A stretch of DNA of 64,000 nucleotides from NCBI RefSeq assembly GCF_009914755.1, contig NC_060932.1; one strand, 5' to 3'. Below are positions 1 through 12,330 of this stretch, in pieces. The DNA is from the human T2T-CHM13v2.0 reference genome, Homo sapiens. The position numbers and the translations under genes are program-made. The stretch's first letter is position 1; each line of letters opens with the position of its first letter. The notes below the pieces were generated by a model. It did no database searches, was not told where the DNA came from, and saw only the letters and a program-made list of their open reading frames with translations.

Positions 1-99
1 AAAAATCCACTGGAGATTTTGCTAAATTTCTCATGTGTAATTTAATCTCACCTCCAATGTGTATTCTTCAACTTACATCCTTTCCCTGCAGCCAGCTGA

Positions 100-235
100 G
101 ATTGGAGATCAGGATACTGGGTTCTAGTACTAGCTCATTAACTAACTGTGTGACCTTGGGTGAGTCACCATACCTCTCTGGGTCTCAGTTGTTTTGTAAA
201 AATATCTGTTAAATGAGGGATTTTAGAATTGAGTA
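100..235 (+). mobile_element. MIR SINE fragment
   Basis: MIR core-like ctgtgtgaccttgggtgagtcac...tctctgggtctcagtt...gtaaaa. Confidence 0.65.
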
Positions 236-627
236 TTTTTGAAGTCCTCACTGACACTAAAAATCTTCCATCCCTAAGTACCCTGCATAGATGTCTATTA
301 AAGCCCCGTAATTCTGAATTATACTCCTTTGTTCCAAAGTCTCTCTCCTCCATCCGCCATCATGAATACTAGATGATTAGATCCTGAGCATCATGAACCT
401 TACTGGAACACAGTAAACACAATAAATGTTTGTAGAAATAGTGAATACATTAAAGGACAAATAACATCATGATTTATTTCAGCAAGTGAGTTTCCATCCT
501 GTTAAAAGCCATAGCACATTAGACCTGAAACACGTTTCCACTCAGTAATAGTCAGTTTTGCAGTCACCCCTAAATTTTGTCTATCTCCTGAAAAAAGTTT
601 TAAACAACTCAAGGACAAAAGGACCAT

Positions 628-685
628 TTTTCCCAAAACATTTGTATTTCCCAAAGGATTTGTATTTCCCAAAGCATTTCCAATG
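628..685. repeat. 18-bp tandem repeat (~3 degenerate copies)
   Basis: tttgtatttcccaaagga / tttgtatttcccaaagca. Confidence 0.7.
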
Positions 686-2967
686 CTTAGCATTAAAGTG
701 GTGGTTGGCAACCCTTTTTATTTCATTTCTTTCCTCCTGGAGTTTTATTTTCCTCCTCTTCCAAGGATGAACTATCAAAGAAGATATAATTGGTATAAAT
801 GCAATATCTTCATCTTTAGTCATTCGCATCCATTTTTGGGCTTTTCTCATATTTACATGTATTTAGTGCTTAATCTTTTTCTTTAATTCAATTGATTTTT
901 AAAAGCTAAATAAGTTTATTTTAAATAGAAACTTAGACTAAGCAATTACCTTTGCAAAATCTTTTGCTTGATGTGCTATTTATAATTTCGTAATCCACAT
1001 GCAAACTTAACACTGACTGTTCACACAGTATCCTCTAGGCTATCAACAGCTGCATGGCCACCACGTTGCTCAGCTCCAAGAGGCACCATTCACACAGTCA
1101 CCTGCTATTCCCTGCAATTGTACATTGAGAAGGTCCTAAGGGGATCTGCACTGTACTTTTGGGAAACCTTAGTGTGGCTTCTTACCAATTGTGTTACCTT
1201 TCCTTCCTGAGCATAGACTTGGTATGGCCAAGTCATTCCAGGCTTTGGAAATCTGAGATATGCCACTTCCAGTAAGATCTTTTAAGAAAGAGAATATACC
1301 TCCTCTCATCTCTCTGGCCCTTCCACAGGCTTGATACACATATTAAAAATGTTTTAGGGAATTGGAAAGCCCCAAGATAGATGGAGCTTGGTCCTTGGAT
1401 TGCCATATGAAAGGGAGCCACCCACCAAACAGGAATACCTGCCAAGGACTCTTACGTTGGCACAAAATAATTTCTGGATTTTTGTTTGTCCATTATGCAT
1501 TTGGGGCTTGGTGTACTGCACTAGTATAACTTAAATAATGCAAAGTGCCCTGGACATCAGGATTCTAGCTTGCGGACGTCTCTTTTTTATTGTTGTTAAA
1601 TGGAAATAACAGAACTTGTCAAAGACCCCACAGGACTGTGGTGAGGAGCAAAATGGAACAGTGTTTATGAAAGTGTTTTTAAAAACCAGAAATGCATTGC
1701 AGCTTAAAGGATCAGTTAACCAGGAAGCGAAAAAGCAAACACAACAAAAAGAAAATTGGTGTTCCACTTCTAGCAACTATATGGGACACCATAGCGTGTA
1801 ATGCAGGAGTCTGATAAATGTAACCTTAACCCAAGTGGAAAGTTTAGACTGTTGGGGAATGGTGAAATGCTGAGTTTTCAGTGAAAGGCAGGCAAGTACG
1901 GCATCTCTTGTTAATTAACACAGCTGAGGGGATGCTGAAAACTCCCACATGGTACATTAACCAATGCCTGAAGGTGCTGGGAGCACCAGACTTGGAACTT
2001 GTCATTTCCAAGACGTGAGTCATTCTCACAAGAGTGAAAAATTTCAAGGGGACTAAATCACTTTGCCAGGGAGAAGCTTAAGTGTGTATTTAGCTTGTGT
2101 TTAAAATCACCATAGCCAGCAAAAGAACTGCCTGCCATTCTTTTCCATTATTCACATTTTCCTTGCTTTTATCAGCACACGTGGACATAGAGAGTGTTGA
2201 CATAGCATCTGCTGGCCACAGCTGAAGTGGGAACACCCTCTTACATCATAAGACTCTACAGAATGTCCTTTTGAAGCTTGGGAAAAGTACTTTACTAGCA
2301 TACCACAGCAACGTGGCTAGAAGTGAACCTTTATATTTCTGCAAGATATCTCAGTGTTGTCTAGTATGGCACACACAGCATCTTGGTACAGACCAAAAGG
2401 CAAAAGGCACATTTTAGAGCCAGCTTTGCTGAGGGAATACATTGATCTCAGGGAGTGACACATAGGACGTGTTTCTTTATAATTTCCCCTGGGCAATTGC
2501 ATTGATATGGGCACCATGTGTTAGACTTTCTGAGACAATCCCCAATTCAAATACTCTGTTTCATAAGCATACTCTCCTTGTCAGACATATGACTGTATAG
2601 TTAAATTGGAAAATAGAGTTAGTTCAATCCTAAATTATAAGTACTTACTACTAGGTAGAAAGATGATTTTGAAATCTACACTCTCTAAATATTTAAAATT
2701 AAAATTTTAATTTTTCCCCCAGTATGAGACTTTGGCCTACTAATTGATACCAAATATTTACTAACTTGTGTTCTCCAGAGAATTAGGCCAAACCAAGTGT
2801 TAAAGAACAGCTTGCTATACTATAATGTATATCATTATATATATCTCCACAAAGTCAATGGAGATATATAATCTGTTTTCACTAACGTGTCCCAAGGACA
2901 TAAAACACTGCCCAGCTTATAGCTGCTGTTCAGTAAATATCTGTTGAATGCATGAGTGCAAATTTAC

Positions 2968-3000
2968 TCATCATCATCATCATCATCATCATCATTATTA
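2968..3000. repeat. (CAT)n microsatellite
   Basis: Direct reading. Confidence 0.9.
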
Positions 3001-3339
3001 TAATGGTGGCTAACATTTATTCATCATTTATTAGGTTTCAGGCAGTGGGGCAAGTTTCTTTTTTTAAGCATAATCTTATTTACTCTTAATGACTTTGGGT
3101 GGTAAGCACATTATTAATCTCATGTTACAAATAACTATGCATATAATAAAGAAACCAAGACTCTGGGTATTTAATTAACTTGTTATAGTCAAAAAACTAG
3201 GAGTTGGATCCACACAGTGGCATAAGGCCAGATAATTATTCTCAATAAATTTGCTGAATATATTTGAATCCTCATGACAAAATAGGTGGCATTCTTTCGT
3301 TTCTGGCTAATAAAATGTCATCGTATAAGGAAAGATTAG

Positions 3340-3742
<403 letters not shown>

Positions 3743-4127
3743 TAGCCAATACTGAGATTTCGGGCTCATATATTTTCTATGTGGAAACGACCTAAAGAGA
3801 CATGAAAAGTGGTTGTTTCAAAGGAAGAGCCTGGTTCCATCTATGTAATAGCAATTCTGCTCCTAATGCCAACAGCCAAAATCCTGTGTTACCATAAAAA
3901 AGGCACTAGTGTTCCCACTTCTTCCACCTGTGGAGCAGATATACAGCCTTGCCGTTGGCTCATATACCCCAGTGGGACTCTTCAGGTCACTGGACCTCGA
4001 AGCCATTTCCTCTGCCTTGACCTTTTTGTATTAAGCAGAGAGTGAAATGTTGGATGAAAGGAGAGTAACATCTACTCTCACTGCCCCAGTTCAACAGTGA
4101 GAATTGAGTTCAATGGAGTTACCCTAG

Positions 4128-4474
<347 letters not shown>

Positions 4475-5349
4475 AGAGTTACCCTAGTTTTCATAAAGTG
4501 GTCCTTCCATTTTGGATCTGGAAGAAGCTGAAATGAATTCAAATTTATTGAGTCAGCATCTGGGAAAGACTACAATTAGGTCTGATGATACCTCTTCTGG
4601 GAGGCCTTAGCTTATCTGTCCTTCTAAAGCAACTCCTCCACCCTTGCCCTCTCTTCACCCCCTGCCATGCTCTCTCCCCTTAACCTGCTTGATTTTCTAA
4701 GTAGCATATATATATATGTATGGCCGGAGAGTACACATGCACATACTCTATGGCCAGGGGAGCTTGTGTAGTTCAATTATTTGGTTTGTCCTTGCATGAA
4801 AACCAGGGCTTGGCACATAGCAGGGACTCAATAAATACATTTTTAATAAATAAATAAGCCCATTTGGACTCAGGCAGTCAATGTAGACTTACAGACACAG
4901 GTCCTACCCCAATCTTTACTGCAGAGGCAATGAATATGTAGTAGAGACAACCAAGCCCTTAAGGGTACCCCTCAAACAGTCTTTTTTTTTTTTTTAAGAA
5001 ACCATCCCCATAATTTTTCACCCAGATGTCTAAAGGTAATGGTTATGGGGAGTCCCAGAACAGGTCTAGAAGGCCTTTGGAAAGCAAAGATAGAAAAGGC
5101 AGATGGTCCCCAAGAGCATTTACAGGGATTGTAAGTTGCAATCTGAGCTATCTTATGAGCTCAGGGTTCAAGTTTGGGGCATCAACTTTTATCATCTTGA
5201 ATTCCAGTACCCTTACAGTGTTTATTGTCTATTAATCCATATGCTGCTTTATATTTTGGCTCCAGTGACTTATGAGCATGTGTGCATGTATGTCTTGTCT
5301 CTTCAACTAAATAAATTATCTAGTATTAACCAGATTAGCAAATATTTTG

Positions 5350-5560
5350 AAGTCAGTTATACTAGTGTTCAAATCCCAGCTCTGCCATCTACTACCAATT
5401 TCAGAGAATTTGACCTCTGGAACCAGACTGAGTTGGGATAGAATCCTGGCTCTTCCTTTTAGTGGCTGGATGACCTTGAGCAAGTTATACAACACTTGTC
5501 ATCTTCAGTTTCTCCATCTATAAAATGGAGCTAATCATATTGACTCATAAAATAGATTAT
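5350..5560 (+). mobile_element. MIR fragments
   Basis: gaatcctggctc...tgaccttgagcaagtt...cagtttctccatctataaaatgg. Confidence 0.65.
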
Positions 5561-6254
5561 GAGATTTAAAAAAGGAATCTAAGTACATATTTTAAAAAGA
5601 AATTATCAACAATTAGATCTTAGTGATGTTAGCTTCCTGCCAGTAACTACCTAATAACCCTGACTCTCCTTCCACTTAACCCATTACTTATGGGTTAACA
5701 AGTAATAACTATGGCATGATGAAAAGAATAGGAGGACTGGGAATCAGAAGAAATGGATTCAAGTCTGCACTCTGCCTCATATTAGCAACCTGGCTCAGAC
5801 AAACCGCTTGAGGGTTCTATGAATAAGTCATGTGTCCTTGGACAATTCAATTAATATCTTTGAACTTAAGTTGTAAAGTACACTTGCGCCTCTTATTCAT
5901 TGCGTCTCTTCATCCACTGAAGTCTAAGTTCAGTGTCTTTTCAACTTTTGGCCAAATATTTAAACACACAAAGGCACAAAAGATGATGAGACATTTAAAG
6001 AATGTTTATCTAATGAAGGCGTGAACTGGTTCTAAAACATAGGCTGTCTTTATGCATAAACTCATGTTGTATGGGAGAAGGGGCCATAGGCCTTAAATCA
6101 TATGCATGATAATTAGAATTGGGAATATTTATCTAGGCTGGTGACACTAGCAAGGATAACAGAAATCTGCTTCTAAGCAGACATACTCAGGTCAGGTGGT
6201 AGCTATCTGCTGGCTGAGTGGATTAGGAAGGTATGGTGAACAAAAGGTTAAAAA

Positions 6255-6427
6255 GTAGTGGTTCCCAAATTTTGCTATATATGCAAATTACCTGCAAAGC
6301 CATAAAATTTACTGATCTGTGGCTCCCACATTTTGAGTTCATTGATATGGGCTGTGCCCAGGTCATCACAAGTTTTAAAATCTCCTCCAGCAATTCAGCT
6401 ATATAACAAAGTTTGGCAACCACTAGG
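6255..6427. mobile_element. MER5-type hAT-Charlie MITE
   Basis: Terminal inverted ends tagtggtt...aaccacta, ~170 bp, MER5-like interior. Confidence 0.6.
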
Positions 6428-7622
6428 TTAAAGTAAAATAAGACTTTCATGACCTCATTCACATTGATACCCATCCCTGATGTGTATTCCCTCTGCTACT
6501 GTCCCTACGTAGAAATCTGAGATAGGAGGACCCAAATGAAGTCTCCCCGCAGCAGTCTTCACATTACAGCACATTACCCCCTGGAACACAAATCATGAAC
6601 CCTCCCGACTCCCCCTCCCAACCTCCCTTCTCCCCTTCTGACCTTCTCTTCCTCTCTGGCTTTGAAGTCTGCCTTTTTCTCTCCAGTCCCACTGCAGTTA
6701 TCCTAGCAAAGACCCTTGAGCCAAGCTTCCAGGGTTAGTATACAAGCCTTTTTTACAGGACTTGTCACTCCAGCGGTGTCTGGGTTCAGAACTGTAGGTT
6801 TCAGATTTCTTTTCCTTTGCACCATCTATATTAATAAATTATTTTTAGGATGTGTGTTCTTCCAACTGCTCTACTGGTTCCTGAACTTCACCATCCTAAA
6901 CTTAGTTCACAGTGTAGGGGAAAAAAATTACCAAATGACTTGACATGGAATCTTAGTTTTATATGTACCTACATTGGCTCCTGGGAATTATATCTATAGG
7001 TCAAAACCCTACCTACAGAGCCAAATGTAGCACAAACGCCAAGTCTCTTTAGGAAATCTTTACTGATCTCTTTCAATCAGATGTGACTTCTCAATTTGAA
7101 CCCCCATAAAACTTGACTAGTGCAGCTGCAGCATAAATTAGCATGAATTCAATTCAAGGGCATTATATTCCAAGAATTCTTGGATTAAATTCCATCCACA
7201 CCCCTTATTAATTCACTTTGAGTGAATTGCTTAACTTTTCTGAGGCAAAGTTCTTTTACTTATAAAACTTTCTTTGCAGATTAGGATTAGATATATGTAT
7301 GTAAACCATCTAGTTGAGTGCCTGAAACATACTAGACATGTGATAAACAATAGCTGTTGTTTCTTATGGGCCAGATCATATTTTATCTTACAGTATATTT
7401 TAAAATTTCATTAAATACACTTTTAACTCATTTTTTAATTATCTGCAGTACAGATGTATTCAGTTAAGAGGCATTCATTAATAAATTTACTTAATTTAAA
7501 TAAGAAAATATTTAACAGTGTGGCCTTGTTATATTTAATTGACTCTCATCAGTAACATTCTCCTAGATGGTGGGAAAGGCAGTATATATATGAACTCCAC
7601 ATGACTACCATTCAACATAGAC

Positions 7623-7911
7623 TTTTTTTTTTTTTTTTTTTTTGAGATAGAGCCTCACTCTGTCACCCAGGCTGGAGTGGAGTGGTGAGATCTTGGCTCA
7701 CTACAACCTCCACCTCCCGAGTTCAAGAAATTCTCCTGCCTCAGCCTCCCCAGTAGCTGGGATTACAGGTGGCCACCACCACACCTGGCTAATTTTTGTA
7801 TTTTTAGTAGAGACGGGGTTTCACCATTTTGGCCAGGCTGGTCTTGAACTTCTGACCTCAGGTGATCTGCCCTCCTCAGCCTCCCAAAGTGCTGGAATTA
7901 TAGGCATGAGC
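7623..7911 (-). mobile_element. AluSx-like (5' end slightly truncated)
   Basis: Poly-T tail followed by antisense Alu dimer. Confidence 0.93.
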
Positions 7912-9449
7912 AAAATATGCTTAAATAATTTAAGGCTGTATGCAGTAGGATAATACTCTACACAGATTGCTGCTAGAAGGGAAAGGATAAAATACCAAGT
8001 TGGGGTGATGGAAATGAGTTCTCTACAGGTAGCTGTCCCTCCACTCCGTTGGCATACCAGCTGCCACCAACTCTGTCATTGACAGAAACACGGCATGGGT
8101 TTGCATGGATAAAAAGAGAACCCAGAAGGAGACATGGGGGTTATGCTCTGTCCTCTCATTACTTTAACTCAGGGATCACACTTCATACAAGAGCCAGAAA
8201 GCTAGTAATGTAACAAACTACTTGTTCTTAGACTTTGAAAGTAAATGTGTAATATAGCTTTGAAAAAGGGTATGTCTACCTTGATCCATAGACAAAGGAC
8301 TTTCCCCAGAGTGCCAACAACAGGAAATAAATGAACCAGTGACAAGTAAGTGTTTAAAAATTCAAGAAAAAATTTTTTTTAAAAATCTTACCTAGTAAGG
8401 AAACCATGTATGGGAAAGTATTTATGAAATTCAATACTATGGGGCTATATTCTACAGACCTAACAAAAATGAGTGGTTCCAACTAACTTACTTTCTAGTA
8501 ACAGTTTCTTATTCACTTGTTGCACAATTCCCAATTTCCAGGAAGGTAGCTGACTAAATATCTTTGCTTTATGGAAAGTGACCTTAGAGTTTAATGCTAG
8601 TCACTGATTTGTTAAGTCCTTGAATTTTTATAAACTGCATAACTTTCTTTGATAAAGGGATTCGACTCCGGGTACAGTACAAGCAACTCAGGTAATATGC
8701 ATTTGTCAGCACGTCCACAATATATTTTTCTATTTACCCGACTCAGGTGATATCTAAGAAAAAACAAATAGGGGGGATGATACTTTAGTTACAATATTTT
8801 GTTCTAGAAATGTCCACTTAAAAATCAGAATTATCTGTCCCAGAATTGGAAACACATACAAAACATAATATATAAACGCAACAGGTAACTTAAAGTGTTA
8901 AATTGTCATTGAAAATGTAAAAGAATCGCCAAACTATTGGGAAAACTTTTGGTGGAGTATGATGGGTACTCAAAATACAGTACCTCAGCTGTACTGTAAC
9001 CTTATTAAGCTCTAGAAAAATGTGGTGAAAACTAATTTAATGAATGAGTCAACTTGCACACATTGGAAGGAAATAAAAATTTGGAATTTAAAAGTTCTTT
9101 TCAATTCAAGTCATAGAACTATAAAAAAATTGTATCTACAAAGAGGTTGATGGACTTGGATCTATGGAAATACATATTTTAATTTTAAACCTGGCATCGT
9201 GTATGTAAATATGTGTTGACCTTTTTAAAATAACCTTTTTAAAAAATAATAACCTGGTTTAATACCGCCAGAAGTACTTATCATATGCCTTAACCGCAGT
9301 GAGAAATCTGAGCCAAAGCCTTGGAATGTACAATGAGCAGTGAAGTTGTCTCCCTCTTAACAAGCGGCCTCACTCCTTCAGCAAAGCCCATCTACCAACT
9401 TCCTTCTCTTTATTCTAACACTGAGCTGATGGTCTATATATACTCAGGC

Positions 9450-9580
9450 CTCCAGTTGGGGGAAGCCCTTGGTGGCCAATCGGGGCTTCCCTATCTATTG
9501 CGTCACACCTCCCCCGTGTGTGACGTCAAAGGCAATCCCAGCCCAGACACGTGGGTTGGAGCAGCGTCGCGTTTCTGGGC
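9450..9580 (+). promoter_or_regulatory. HAS2-AS1 promoter: two kappaB-like sites, CCAAT box, CRE, E-box/HRE
   Basis: GGGGAAGCCC 9459-9468, GGCCAATC 9474-9481, GGGGCTTCCC 9482-9491, TGCGTCA 9499-9505, TGACGTCA 9521-9528, CACGTG 9548-9553. Confidence 0.7.
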
Positions 9581-10650
9581 AATTGCTCCTGAAACCCAAC
9601 AGGCAGCAACGGTCCCAAGGGTGAGGGAGTGGGCAGGGAGAGGCTGATGGGGCTTCTACACGTTCCCTCCCGTAGCTGGGCTGCTGCAGCTCGTTCGCCC
9701 CAGAGGCGCGCGGTGTCCTTGAGTCCAAGTATTCAGCGCGGACGTTTGGGGGACGGAGGGAGAGGCGCTAGGGGAACTGGCACCTAAGACTGTGTAATAG
9801 GACACAGGTCTTGCAAGTCCTCCTCCCCAGGCACCGCCCCTGTGCTCCCAGCGCCTCTTTGCAGCTTTAATTATCCTTTCAGCGCCGTTCCCCCGCGGCT
9901 GCGTTTCCGTGGTCAGAGGAAAAAGGCTCTTTCGCCTCCCGGTTCTCACCCTCATACAGACCCTCCTTTCAGACCCGCCCTCCTGTTCACAGGGACCCAT
10001 TTCGGAGCCCTGGCTCACGCTGGGCGGGAACTGCCGTGACGAATTCCCCCCAAGGTGTTGATTATCCATCCCAACCCAGCCTCTGGCTTCCCTCCCACCT
10101 CCACCCCAGCTCCCACAGGCCCCTCGCCCCCTTCATCGGCTGGGCGCTCGAGACGGCGCCCCCAGATCTCCCACCGGGCAGTGTCCCCAGCTGCAGCTGA
10201 GGAGAGAAGCGCCGGCGTGCGCGGTGCCACGTCGGAATTGGCTCTGGGGACGCCGCAGCTGCCGAAGCGCAGCGCGCGGTCCCCACGCACGCCCTGCCTC
10301 CGGGCGGCCGGCGGGCTGGCCCGGCGAGGAGAGGAGGGATGCGCGCCCTCCTCCCGCTCCTATCTGCGGGTGCCACCGCCTGCGTCAGGGACCCCTGGCC
10401 CGAGTAAGCCCAGACTGACGAGCCTGACACTTTAATGGGGTGCGGGAAGTGCAAAGGAGGGGAGGCCCGGGAAAGGGGGGAGTGGCCGAGAGGGGATGGT
10501 AGCTGCGAGGAGGTAGAGAAGGACCCTCCTTCTCCAGGGTCCCAGCTTGTCGGAGCTGGAAGCCCAGATTGCTTAACCCTTTGCATTCCCAGCAAGAAGC
10601 GACTTTTTCACTTAGAAGTAAAACGCGCTGGGCTATTCCAGTTTTTCTCC
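9480..10650. promoter_or_regulatory. CpG island (HAS2 intron 1 / HAS2-AS1 5' end)
   Basis: High GC and dense CpG relative to the AT-rich flanks. Confidence 0.85.
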
Positions 10651-10655
10651 CCACA

Positions 10656-10680
10656 GTGTGTGTGTGTGTGTGTGTGTGTG
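10656..10680. repeat. (TG)n microsatellite
   Basis: Direct reading. Confidence 0.95.
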
Positions 10681-11092
10681 GGAAAAAAAGAAGGGAAGGG
10701 GTGGGGCGGCTGTGCAGAATGCATTTTCCTTACATTGGGAATTCTTGTTTCCTAACTCTGGAGCCCCTCTGCTGCTCCGGAAGATGCAAAATGGAAAAGT
10801 ACATCTGAGGACGTGCAGCCTTTCCCAGGCAGAGAGGCTACCTGTGTCCCCAGAAAGGCAGCGGATTTCTGGCGAGAGCCGCAGAAATGGGAAAAGAGGG
10901 CTATGTTGCTAAGCCTGACAGTGACCTGAAATATTCCCTGATCTTCAGTCTGTTGGAAATTTTTAAACTTCCAACTTTTCTATCGAAACTGGCTTAAAAA
11001 TTTTAAAACAATTATAAGGATGTCTTCCTTCTCCCTGGCCTGTTGGAGGACCTTCATCCTTCACCAAAACGCGCCAGTGTAACGTACCTTGT

Positions 11093-11107
11093 TCAGCTCT
11101 TGGTCAT
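11093..11107 (-). CDS. uORF MTKS* in HAS2 leader
   Basis: ATG ACC AAG AGC TGA; stop lies 5 nt (ACAAG) before the exon 1 end. Translation not demonstrated. Confidence 0.45.
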   Translation of the reverse strand: MTKS

Positions 11108-11183
11108 AAAGTCGTCCTCAGCCTGTCTGTGTGGTCCCGGAGGGTCGGTGGCGGGCAGTTTCCAAAATTGAGGTAATAAGAGA

Positions 11184-11237
11184 TCAGATGAATTTGAGAC
11201 GACCGGCCAAAAAAAATAAGAAATTTAAAAACAACAT
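11184..11237 (-). CDS. uORF MLFLNFLFFLAGRLKFI* (17 aa) in HAS2 leader
   Basis: Manual translation from the first ATG of exon 1. Translation not demonstrated. Confidence 0.35.
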   Translation of the reverse strand: MLFLNFLFFLAGRLKFI

Positions 11238-11383
11238 TTAAGAAGGATAGGGGAGTCTTAAATGTTTGATTCTTCCCCACTTTAAAAAATAATTTCACTA
11301 ATATTCTCTTTATGTTTCCGTTGCACTTCAGTCTAATTCTTAAAAAAAATATGCTTTAAAAATAAATTAACTTTTCTTTTTTC

Positions 11384-11414
<31 letters not shown>

Positions 11415-11423
11415 GTGCTTCAG

Positions 11424-11676
11424 TCTTTCTGCCCCCGATAACAGAAAATCTCTTTTTCGTCTTAAAAAAAAAAAAAAAAAAAAAGCCTGTGGAAGACTCA
11501 GCAGAACCCAGGAAGCGCAGAATTGGGAGAAAAGTCTTTGGCTGGGGCTGTTTCAAGTCTCTGGTTCAATGGGCTGCTCGAAGCCAGGACTGGGTAATTC
11601 TTTCCAGACGTCTTGACTTCTCCTTCCCCGCCGTTGTTGCCCTTCTGCCTCCTCCAACTTAAGGGGGTCTTAACAA
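11424..11676 (+). ncRNA. HAS2-AS1: HAS2-AS1 exon 2 (long form 11424-11676; short form 11424-11593)
   Basis: Long pyrimidine tract 11371-11420 then CAG| at 11421-11423; donors TGG|GTAATT (11594) and CAA|GTGAGC (11677). Sizes 170 and 253 differ by 83 nt, the same difference as the S/L forms I recall (174/257). Confidence 0.8.
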
Positions 11677-12330
11677 GTGAGCTGGTGGGTGTTTTAATAG
11701 GGCGGCGGAGGGAGTGGGGGGGTGAGGGAAGTGGAGAGGGAGGTGTGGACTGGGGAACCCTGAGGGGAGGGAACTGGGAGCGCGGGCGGGCGGGCGAGCG
11801 GGAGGCGGGGAGGGGGAGAGGGAGAGAGAGAAATTGGCCATTCAAAGCCTTCTCTGAGCTACAGGCCGGTTCTAAACTCCAATGAATTCAATTAACTTGA
11901 TTGCTAACGTGTGCAGAGAAATGCAAGACACATAGGGGGCCACCACCTGATTCCTTACTTTCCTCTGGCGGCGGAGGTGGGAGCCCTCGCCTCTTGGATT
12001 TCCCTGAACTCCCGCGTTACAAGTTCCCTCCAAGCGATAAACTCCCTGTGGCGCTGAAGTAATTTGTTTTAAAGCCAAATGGTGCCCTTCAGCTAAGTAA
12101 CCGACCCAAGGAGGAACAGTTGGGAGGGGTGTGTGCACGTGTGTGTGTGTGTGTGTAAGTGTGTGCGTGTGTGTGTGTACCTGGAGCCTTCGACAGCCGG
12201 CTGGGACTCTAAAAAGATCGCGCTGGTCCACCACTTGTTAACCCTTTCTTCCCGCCAACTCAAAAGTTTCTGAGCTGACGTCAAGTGTCAAAGCCTTTCT
12301 CATAAAGAGGTTTCTGCCGTGGGTGGGCGG
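11670..12330 (-). promoter_or_regulatory. HAS2 proximal promoter: TATA-like box, Sp/KLF GC boxes, overlapping kappaB/STAT element, E-box, CRE
   Basis: TATTAAAA 11692-11699(-); GGGCGG repeats 11700-11810; GGATTTCCC 11996-12004 overlapping TTCCCTGAA 12000-12008; CACGTG 12136-12141; TGACGTCA 12276-12283. Confidence 0.8.
12129..12178. repeat. interrupted (TG)n microsatellite in HAS2 promoter
   Basis: Direct reading. Confidence 0.92.

Larger units (their letters stand above)
11088..11670 (-). other. HAS2: HAS2 exon 1 (5'UTR); 3' end exact, TSS approximate
   Basis: AAG|GTACGT donor; TATA-like TATTAAAA at 11699-11692 about 30 nt upstream of the inferred start; A- and T-rich tracts inside. Confidence 0.88.

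Noticed and set aside
9321-10912. Overlapping 100-177 aa ORFs on both strands in the CpG island
   Set aside because: Pro/Arg/Gly-rich, no recognisable domain; expected from stop-codon scarcity in GC-rich DNA.
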